Source: Candidatus Lokiarchaeum ossiferum (GTDB taxonomy: Archaea > Asgardarchaeota > Lokiarchaeia > Sigyniarchaeales > Promethearchaeaceae). Taken from it: DNA of 32,000 nt. Shown here in pieces: positions 7,951-15,245 of this stretch. Where the stretch lies: contig CP104013.1 of NCBI GenBank assembly GCA_025839675.1, forward strand, positions 5,760,001 to 5,792,000, written 5' to 3'. A program made the translations under genes and the position numbers. Every line of letters begins with the position of its first letter. Within the stretch, counting starts at the first letter, position 1. The notes below the pieces were generated by a model that was given only the letters and a program-made list of their open reading frames with translations, was not told where the DNA came from and ran no database searches.

Positions 7951-8164
7951 CTATTTTCTATTCAATTTTTCATTGAACAATATTACTAAGTATTACAAGA
8001 TATATAATAATTTAGCCTAATAACCATCACTATTTTTAATTCAAAATCCTTTATTTTTTTATTTTGTGGGAAAAATAAAAAACGCTAATGTAGTAATAAT
8101 GAAAAAAAAAGAAGTTAATCTTTGAGAAAATCTGAATCAGGAATCATTTTTTTGCCCACTAAAA

Positions 8165-8338
8165 TCATAATAATAATCGAATTTGTTCAAGGAAATTCTT
8201 TACTGAATTTTTACCCTTATCTTTGGGTATTATTTCGATAATTTCTTTGAGTTCTTTCTTCAGCATATAGCGATAATCTAAATCTGTAATTGAGATACTT
8301 ATATTAATCTCAAATTCGAATGGATATTTTTGAGTCAT
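8165..8338 (-). CDS. possible 57-aa small protein (below the track cutoff)
   Basis: My minus-strand translation: MTQKYPFEFEINISISITDLDYRYMLKKELKEIIEIIPKDKGKNSVKNFLEQIRLLL-TGA. No motif recognised. Could be chance in AT-rich DNA. Confidence 0.2.
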   Translation of the reverse strand: MTQKYPFEFEINISISITDLDYRYMLKKELKEIIEIIPKDKGKNSVKNFLEQIRLLL

Positions 8339-8544
8339 GCTTTTTGCTCACTCCATTCTTTGATTTTTTCATTAATTGGGTTTGTTTAGATTCGAGGTTT
8401 ATTTTATTCTCTTTCTTCTACTCATCGATTCATAGTTGAACGAGATATGCACTCAAGTGAATGAATTTCAGAAAATCATCTTCTACTTTCCTTTCTTAAG
8501 ACTATGATATAAATTTTTAAATACGACTTCTACTAAGTAGGGAT

Positions 8545-8985
8545 ATGGATGATGATACTTTGCCCATTGGACTTCATTTTAAGATGGAAGACTCCACCAT
8601 TGATGAGATCAAAGAAAGTTTTCCTAATGAAATAATTTTTTATGATGTTGATGAAAAGAATTCTACTGAAATGATGCAAAAAATGAATTTAGCGCTATTC
8701 ACAGCAGCAGGAACTGCAATGATCATTGGGGTCACGACTATTTCGGTAATTGCGGTCTTGGTAGTAAAATATCACTTTAATAAAGGAAAAGGTGTTGTTA
8801 TTGATACTCGAACGATTCCCCCCACTATTTCAGAGATGGGAAATGTGGCCCAAGGAACAATGGTGATCGTTAATAAAGATGGAACTCAAACTAAACATGT
8901 CCAAGGGGATCAATCAGATGCTTCCTTTATAGGTGTTCTAAAAGAAATTTTAAAACAGATATTTACCAAAAAGAAAAAATCTTGA
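8545..8985 (+). CDS. small single-pass membrane protein, hypothetical
   Basis: 146-codon ORF with one clear hydrophobic segment LALFTAAGTAMIIGVTTISVIAVLVV followed by KYHFNKGK. TGA stop. Confidence 0.5.
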   Translation: MDDDTLPIGLHFKMEDSTIDEIKESFPNEIIFYDVDEKNSTEMMQKMNLALFTAAGTAMIIGVTTISVIAVLVVKYHFNKGKGVVIDTRTIPPTISEMGNVAQGTMVIVNKDGTQTKHVQGDQSDASFIGVLKEILKQIFTKKKKS

Positions 8986-9041
8986 TAAAATTGCCTGCAG
9001 ATTAATTTCCCGATTATTCTTAATATTTCAGTTATACCTTT

Positions 9042-10271
9042 TCACTTTATGATACAAGGAGGGCCAAATCCTGATGCGTAGATTGGAGCAATTGGATATT
9101 TTGGGACTGGAGATAGATAAGGAATGATTGGGACAAGGTAATTTGAAAATATTGAACATAGATCTTTATTGAGTCTCAGTAGATTGCTTTTCCCAACATG
9201 AACCAGTGTGGATACAAGGAGGCTTGGAAAGCTGTTTAGGGATCGAGGTTGGGAAATCATCGACTTCTGGGAAGTGTCGGGTAAAGGAGATCGCTTTGGG
9301 ATTGCCTTGATCAAACCATCAATTTTTTTTTGACAGGTATGAATGGCCGATGAAGATATATGAAGCACCCGGGATAAGGTGACAAGCGAGATTTTGTTTG
9401 TGGAATGTTGCGGTTCTTGCCTATCTTGAAAACACCGGAGTGCCGCAGCGACAATGATAGCCGGCTTTTGATTTAATGATCGAATAAGGACCGTATAAAA
9501 TTTTTTAATCCCTTGATATTGGGCAAAGGAAAACTGCAAAATGTCCCACAGATAGAATAGCACCAGATCACATTCATGCAAAATCGTCCAACGAGTTTTT
9601 CCAAAGAGAGCTTTCGCATACTGCAAAATTTCTTTCAGGATACAATTAAACACCGATACGGAGAGAGTTTGGTCCTTTAGCACCTGTTTGACACTAATAT
9701 AGATATTTCGCTGACGACATGTTAAAATAAACAATACGGTCCCTAAATCAAAGGGATTCCGAGCTTTCGATCGAGCCTTCATTTGAGGATAAATTTTTCT
9801 TGCAACAAAGGCAATAAGGGAGTAATCGATCGAAATATCATATAACGCACAAAGATGAGCTATACGCTTTTCCACCTCCAGATACTTTGGGATGGCGGAA
9901 ACATTGATCTTCGATTGTAATTTGGCCATCCGTTTGAAGCGAGAAGAATAAACATGCACACCCGACTGCGGAAAGGATAAATTACCCGTGTATCTAGTAA
10001 AGGTATGTGTATCCTTCCTCGATAAGGTATTGGCGATAGTATGAGGAGATCCATAAAGAGGATCATCGCTCCAAACTAGCCCACACCTCGTACATGTAGG
10101 GCTAAATGAGGTGGTCCGAATAATTTCTGCTCCACATTCGTCACATAGCTTGGGATGAGAATGTGTCAAGGAAAAATTTCTTTTTTTCACTCCAACGAAT
10201 TTGTGATTAACGGTCGCCATTACGACATTGAAAGTATAACCACTATAAAAATTTTTGTGAATGACCAACAC
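9042..10271 (-). CDS. divergent transcription factor IIB (TFB)-like protein
   Basis: N-terminal C-x2-C-x15-C-x2-C Zn ribbon (CDECGAEIIRTTSFSPTCTRCG). Followed by a cyclin-fold-like segment (ARKIYPQMKARSKARNPFDLGTVLFILTCRQRNIYISVKQVL) matching the TFB pattern A..iy.....GR.....aa.lY.aCR......t..ei. Start uncertain: GTG at 10271, or the ATG of MATVNHK ~50 nt downstream. Confidence 0.65.
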   Translation of the reverse strand: MLVIHKNFYSGYTFNVVMATVNHKFVGVKKRNFSLTHSHPKLCDECGAEIIRTTSFSPTCTRCGLVWSDDPLYGSPHTIANTLSRKDTHTFTRYTGNLSFPQSGVHVYSSRFKRMAKLQSKINVSAIPKYLEVEKRIAHLCALYDISIDYSLIAFVARKIYPQMKARSKARNPFDLGTVLFILTCRQRNIYISVKQVLKDQTLSVSVFNCILKEILQYAKALFGKTRWTILHECDLVLFYLWDILQFSFAQYQGIKKFYTVLIRSLNQKPAIIVAAALRCFQDRQEPQHSTNKISLVTLSRVLHISSSAIHTCQKKIDGLIKAIPKRSPLPDTSQKSMISQPRSLNSFPSLLVSTLVHVGKSNLLRLNKDLCSIFSNYLVPIIPYLSPVPKYPIAPIYASGFGPPCIIK

Positions 10272-10319
10272 TAAATATTGATCCTAAATTATTTTTATCC
10301 ATGCTGATCTTCTAGTATT

Positions 10320-10745
10320 ATGGGTAATTCCTCTCAAAATCCAAACCAATCTTCAAAAAAATCCTTCTTTCGACTTTATAAGGTGGAAGAATATATGTTT
10401 TGTTTGGAAAAATCCCCTTTGGGGCTAAGTTCCCGCCAATTACGTGCAACCATCCCCCTATCTGGTGCGGTTGAGCACACAATCACTCGATTTTTGATAG
10501 ATCGGGAGATAATCATGCTTTCCAGCCCTGCTAAAGGAAAGAAATATTTACTAACCGATTCGGGGAAATTACTTGCCTTGTTTCTCCACAATATGGATCT
10601 GCTTTTATCTATTGGAGAAAATCTCCGGCTTTCAGAAACCGACGAAAAAGAATTTCAGTCTCTCGAGGAAGAAATCTCCTTGTATATCCAAAAAGCCCAC
10701 AAATATCGGGAACTCTTAGCCTTAAAATCCAAAACCCCCCATTAA
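10320..10745 (+). CDS. winged-helix DNA-binding protein
   Basis: LSSRQLRATIPLSGAVEHTITRFLIDREIIMLSSPAKGKKYLLTDSGKLL fits the helix-turn-helix plus beta-wing pattern of MarR/ArsR-like wHTH proteins. Divergent from the TFB-like gene with a 48-bp spacer. Confidence 0.5.
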   Translation: MGNSSQNPNQSSKKSFFRLYKVEEYMFCLEKSPLGLSSRQLRATIPLSGAVEHTITRFLIDREIIMLSSPAKGKKYLLTDSGKLLALFLHNMDLLLSIGENLRLSETDEKEFQSLEEEISLYIQKAHKYRELLALKSKTPH

Positions 10746-11162
10746 GGGATTATACTTTGAACCTTGCCATAATCCGGTACTATATCCTGTGATTAGATAA
10801 TTCCCTTCAATAACACTTAAGTTAGAGGTTGGTGGGGAGGGATCATCTTTATCGTTAGCAATGAGAGTGATTGAATATGATGAAACAGAATTTTATTTGT
10901 ATTACTTGAGATGTTAACATTTATTTCAGAGATAATTTGCTGAGAAGTAACCATCAAGGGCGATACCGATAAATTTGTTCTTTTGTCCTGAAAATTCATG
11001 ATATTGGGAGAGTTTGAACAAAATCTTTTCAAAACTATGAATGCATTTTCCACATCTAACTTTTAAAAAGAATTCTAATGTTTAGAATATACATTCTTCT
11101 TCTTCTTCTATGTTCGGACCATATCGTTATGATTTTTTTCAATTAAAGTAATTTGGGCAAAA

Positions 11163-11178
11163 TACGAACATGTTCATA
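11163..11178. promoter_or_regulatory. near-perfect 16-bp palindrome TACGAACATGTTCATA (core GAACATGTTC perfect) upstream of the flavodiiron gene
   Basis: Core at 11166-11175, ~48 bp upstream of the ATG at 11223. Confidence 0.3.
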
Positions 11179-11222
11179 CATGATTTTAATAGCATTATTG
11201 ACTCCTAATAATTTGATAGGCT

Positions 11223-12419
11223 ATGCATTTAAAAATTAAAAATAATATTAATTGGGTGGGGATTAAAGACTGGGAATTACAAAAATTTCATGGAAACGAA
11301 TATTCGATAAATCATGGATCAACATATAATTCCTATTTAGTGAAAGAAGAGAAAATCGTCTTAATCGATACAGTATGGAAACCCTTTGCAAAAGATTTTG
11401 TAAAGAATTTAGAAAAAGAAATTGATTTAGATAAAATCGATTATATTATTGCAAATCACGCGGAAATTGATCATAGTGGAGCCTTGCCAGAATTGATGGC
11501 GAAAATACCAAATACTCCGATCTATTGTACAAAAAATGGAATCAAATCTTTGAAAGGTCACTATCACGAAGACTGGGATTTTCATCCTGTAAAAACAGGA
11601 GATGTTCTCGATATTGGGAATGGAAAGCAGCTAGTTTTTGTTGAAATGCGAATGTTACATTGGCCAGATAGTATGGCAGTATATTTAACTGGAGATAATG
11701 TATTATTCAGCAATGATGCCTTTGGACAACATTATGCAACCAGCGCGATGTTCAATGATTTAGTAGACCAAGCAGAATTATTTCAGGAATGTATTAAGTA
11801 TTATGCAAATATTCTGACTCCTTTCAATACTTTTGCTCTAAAAAAGATTAATGAAATCCTCGCGATGAATCTCCCCATTGATGTTATTGCACCAAGTCAT
11901 GGAGTCATATGGCGAGATAATCCTACGCAAATCGTATTAAAATATCTAGAGTGGTCAAAAGATTATCAAGAAAATCAAATTACTCTTCTTTATGATACTA
12001 TGTGGGAAGGAACCCGAATTATGGCTGATAAAATTGCCGAAGGAATTAAAAAAGCAGATGGTTCTGTAAAACTAGTTTTATTAAATTCTTCTAAAGGAGA
12101 TAAAAATGATATTATAACAGAAATTTTTAAATCGAAAGCAATTCTGGTTGGATCCCCGACAATTAACAAAGGAATATTATCATCCATTGCAGAAATAATT
12201 GAAATAATTAAAGGATTAAATTTTATTAGCAAAAAAGTTGCAACATTTGGTTGCTATGGTTGGTCTGGAGAATCTGTGCAAGTATTAAATTCCTCATTTG
12301 ATCAAACGAATTTCACACGTGTGAGTGAAGGTTTGAAAATCCTATGGAATCCTGATACTGATGCGATTAAAAAATGTATCCAGTTTGGAGAAGAGTTTGT
12401 TAAATTAATAAAAACATGA
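11223..12419 (+). CDS. fprA: flavodiiron protein (A-type flavoprotein; O2/NO reductase family)
   Basis: Metallo-beta-lactamase-like diiron motif NHAEIDHSGAL (H-x-E-x-D-H). LHWPDSM and SNDAFGQH motifs. C-terminal flavodoxin-like domain (ILVGSPTINKG...FGCYGWSGE). Length of 398 aa is typical of the family. Confidence 0.9.
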   Translation: MHLKIKNNINWVGIKDWELQKFHGNEYSINHGSTYNSYLVKEEKIVLIDTVWKPFAKDFVKNLEKEIDLDKIDYIIANHAEIDHSGALPELMAKIPNTPIYCTKNGIKSLKGHYHEDWDFHPVKTGDVLDIGNGKQLVFVEMRMLHWPDSMAVYLTGDNVLFSNDAFGQHYATSAMFNDLVDQAELFQECIKYYANILTPFNTFALKKINEILAMNLPIDVIAPSHGVIWRDNPTQIVLKYLEWSKDYQENQITLLYDTMWEGTRIMADKIAEGIKKADGSVKLVLLNSSKGDKNDIITEIFKSKAILVGSPTINKGILSSIAEIIEIIKGLNFISKKVATFGCYGWSGESVQVLNSSFDQTNFTRVSEGLKILWNPDTDAIKKCIQFGEEFVKLIKT

Positions 12420-12727
12420 AACTGAGTCAAATCACCCTCTATTTTTTTTTGTTTTTAATTTTCTCTCAAAAATTTAGATTAATCCGATAATAATCGAAGT
12501 CCAAAATCATTTAGAGTAAAAAGACAAGTCAACAATTTTCCGTCCTTTTGCGACCCATACCAAACACTAACAAAATTCTTTCAGAATTATAAAAAGTGAC
12601 TCCTTTTTGGAGAAAAATGTGGAATGGACAAAACCTGAAATAGATCCAAACCACGAAAATTGTATTTAGCCAATTAAGCATCATAAAGCAAAACTTTAAT
12701 GGCCACACCGCCACATAAAAGTCAAAG

Positions 12728-13885
12728 ATGAGTACTGAAAAAACTCCTCCCGTCTTCACTACGATTTTTTGGGATTATGAAAATGTCTCCTTTTCGGGTC
12801 AAAGTCTAAACTTGTTTTTAAGTGGATTAGAAGTAATCAAAAACAAATTAGGGGGAAGTTTTATTCTTAAGTGCTTCAGTCAATGGAATAATATTCCCGA
12901 TGAGACTCAAGTTGCTATTATTAGCGCGGGTTTTGAACTATGTCAAGTCCCTCAAACTCGGAAAAATGCCGTAGACCAAACTATGATGGTCTCAGCAGTC
13001 AACCTTTCGCATCAATTGGAGTTTTCTCGCTTTATTCTCATTTCCTCTGATGGGGATTTTACTGCTCTTTGTCATGATCTTCGCAATAAGCAAATTGGCA
13101 TTTCGATTATTTCCCGCAAGCATTTATCCAATGATCTTCGGGAGGTTACTCAATCAATTTATTTTGTGACTTCCAATGGGATCTTGTTTGAATTTGAAGA
13201 AACCCTCCATGACAAATTAATTGAACTGATTGATTTAGGTGTTCAAGATGCGAATCGGGCGTGTGCAAATCTTTCCCCGGGCCATAAAGAAATTGGAACA
13301 GATAAATCCCTAGAAAATGTTACCATATTTTCTCGAATCGAATGGAAAAAAGCTTATGAGAACTTTCCCCATTGTCAAATTTCGCCGTTTATCTTAAGAC
13401 AGATCTTTAAGATTGATGATTTATACGAAACTTTTTTGCAAGTCTATGGCTATGGAGTCTCAAAGAACTATGATTATTTTTGCTTGCATGAAAGCGGTAA
13501 TAACAAAGAGATTATTGACCTAGATATTTTTGTGGATTTGCCCGAATCCATGGAACTACAAATACCCATCCAGAATTTACCGGCTTCGGAATTAAATGTA
13601 TTCAAGAAAGAAATAAGTCCTAAAAAAAAAGTGCATCCGGAGATCAAATCCCTAAACTTTACTGAGGCAATAAAAAAAGCATTTAAAACGTTTTGTGCGA
13701 AATCTAAAGCCACCAATATCAACATGGCGGTCCTTAATCAGCATACGTGCAATATTTTAGGAATTTCTCCATCTCAACAGGCCTATAAAAAAGCAGGCTT
13801 TTCCACGTTTAAAAAAGCATTGGAATCCATCAAAGGGCAACTCCCAAAGAAGATTAAAATTAAGAAAAATATTGTTTCATGGTAG
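12728..13885 (+). CDS. NYN (LabA-like, PIN-fold) domain protein with C-terminal OST-HTH/LOTUS-like domain
   Basis: N-terminus IFWDYENV and ILISSDGDFTAL match NYN catalytic-site patterns. C-terminus ...LGISPSQQAYKKAGFSTFKKALESI resembles the OST-HTH/LOTUS domain. Confidence 0.75.
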   Translation: MSTEKTPPVFTTIFWDYENVSFSGQSLNLFLSGLEVIKNKLGGSFILKCFSQWNNIPDETQVAIISAGFELCQVPQTRKNAVDQTMMVSAVNLSHQLEFSRFILISSDGDFTALCHDLRNKQIGISIISRKHLSNDLREVTQSIYFVTSNGILFEFEETLHDKLIELIDLGVQDANRACANLSPGHKEIGTDKSLENVTIFSRIEWKKAYENFPHCQISPFILRQIFKIDDLYETFLQVYGYGVSKNYDYFCLHESGNNKEIIDLDIFVDLPESMELQIPIQNLPASELNVFKKEISPKKKVHPEIKSLNFTEAIKKAFKTFCAKSKATNINMAVLNQHTCNILGISPSQQAYKKAGFSTFKKALESIKGQLPKKIKIKKNIVSW

Positions 13886-14048
13886 GAATATCCCAACCAT
13901 ATAGATCTGAAAAAGGTACTTCACCAGTTTCCGAGATACTTTTTATGAGATAAGATTTAGGATCTTTACATCCCTTGAAAATTTCCTAAAATAAATGTTA
14001 TAAATAATCTAATGTGAAACTATAATTACAGAATTATTTATTAATTCA

Positions 14049-14447
14049 TTGATCAATATGGTCAAACGAGGAAATGAATATTATACTTGGGAAGCTAGTT
14101 TAGAAAAAAATAGAGCTTATTTAACATGTATGGGAAGTGTCCCTTCTGTTGATGCAATTCCGAATTTTGAAAGTGATTGTAAAAAAACTGCAAATGAATT
14201 AAAAACGGGGTGGTCCGTTCTTGGAAACTTTTTAAACCAAGAAGGAAAATTACCACCAGATGTAGAGAAAATTCATTCTAAAGCACAGCAATATTGTATG
14301 ACGCATGGATGCATTGCTGCAGCTCAAGTTGCACCCATAGAAGTAATTGTTCAAATAAATAAATTTTCAAAAGAGAGTGGAATGAAAGAAGTACTTAAAG
14401 GTTTTCACACTGTCAACGCCGCAGAATCGTGGTTAGATACAAAATAA
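14049..14447 (+). CDS. hypothetical small protein (possibly a SpoIIAA/STAS-like fold, tentative)
   Basis: 132-codon ORF. The C-terminal ...GFHTVNAAESWLD ending is reminiscent of STAS-like DUF proteins, but this is weak. Confidence 0.45.
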   Translation: MINMVKRGNEYYTWEASLEKNRAYLTCMGSVPSVDAIPNFESDCKKTANELKTGWSVLGNFLNQEGKLPPDVEKIHSKAQQYCMTHGCIAAAQVAPIEVIVQINKFSKESGMKEVLKGFHTVNAAESWLDTK

Positions 14448-14989
14448 TTCAATTTTTAGATCATGATTGGATAATTCCAAATTCTAAATGTAGTTGGGAA
14501 GAAGTAGCTTTACTGTGGTAAAATCTACCAATGGGTTGTTTATTTTTTTTACTTTAATCTCCAATATCACCAAAATTTTTGAAGATTTTATCAATTGGTA
14601 AAAAAATTTTCTGGGAAGAAAACTTTGAAAATTTCCCAAAAGAAGTGTAATGGACAATGCCCAAAAGTGTAATGCACCGACCCCCTCCACAAAAGTACCA
14701 ATAAATAACATCTCGTGTGATATCAATACAATTATGTCATCTCCAAGTAAAGAGAAAAAACTAGTCTATTCCCAGAATTGTCAGTGTTTGTCTGTATCAC
14801 ATACGGATGTGGTAGGCGGATCCCTCCTTTCCCACTATCTTTCTTAATTATTTGGATATTTTCACCAAAATTAATTTGCAATAACCATCTCTACAAAAGG
14901 AAGACAGGCGTAAAACCAAAAAACACAAAAATGAATAGTCCAGATTGTGTAATTCCTAGAGGAAAGACCGTTCAGCTCCGCAAACTCAT

Positions 14990-15172
14990 TTAAATGTCAA
15001 GCCAATCCTTCATTATTTCGTTTCCCAAGACCTTGACTCCTTGCGAAATGATGGCGGTCTTATCCTCAGAGGTTAAAAAGGTCTCAATATAGGTCAAAAG
15101 ATAGTTAAAGGTGTTATAATCCCTAAAAGAGGCCATTCGTTCTTGCAAGAACATAAAATTCTCGCGAGTCAC
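14990..15172 (-). CDS. hypothetical small helical protein
   Basis: 60-codon ORF with GTG start and plausible amphipathic composition. Divergent from 15246. Confidence 0.3.
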   Translation of the reverse strand: MTRENFMFLQERMASFRDYNTFNYLLTYIETFLTSEDKTAIISQGVKVLGNEIMKDWLDI

Positions 15173-15196
15173 TTGTAAGTCCCAGACATCAAAATC

Positions 15197-15218
15197 AAGC
15201 AGAAAAAAAATTCTGCTT
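15197..15218. promoter_or_regulatory. perfect inverted repeat AAGCAGAA-A6-TTCTGCTT between divergent genes
   Basis: 8-bp perfect arms (15197-15204 / 15211-15218) with a 6-nt A spacer, 28 bp upstream of the ATG at 15246. Both flanking genes point away from it, so it is not a terminator. Confidence 0.3.
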
Positions 15219-15245
15219 TAAATAGTTAGAATTAAACACATCTGT

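Noticed and set aside
7879-8100. tRNA-targeted integrated element (att site duplication)
   Set aside because: I found no second copy of the tRNA 3' half elsewhere in the window and no integrase or recombinase gene. Only a weak TTCGAACC-like string occurs at 7655-7662.
10817-11053. Track ORF 10817..11053(-)
   Set aside because: No motif and no sensible start context. It lies in the spacer between the wHTH and flavodiiron genes. Evidence is insufficient.
12529-12759. Track ORF 12529..12759(-), a hydrophobic 76-aa peptide overlapping the NYN gene start
   Set aside because: The Phe/Trp-rich composition is typical of AT-rich antisense translation. It overlaps the start of a well-supported gene by 32 nt.
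14484-14993. Track ORFs 14484..14726(-), 14650..14847(+) and 14778..14993(+), and a possible fragmented minus-strand membrane-protein gene
   Set aside because: The fragments read as hydrophobic pieces in three different frames separated by stops. I could not reconstruct a convincing single gene or assign any motif, so it is left unannotated as a possible degraded gene.
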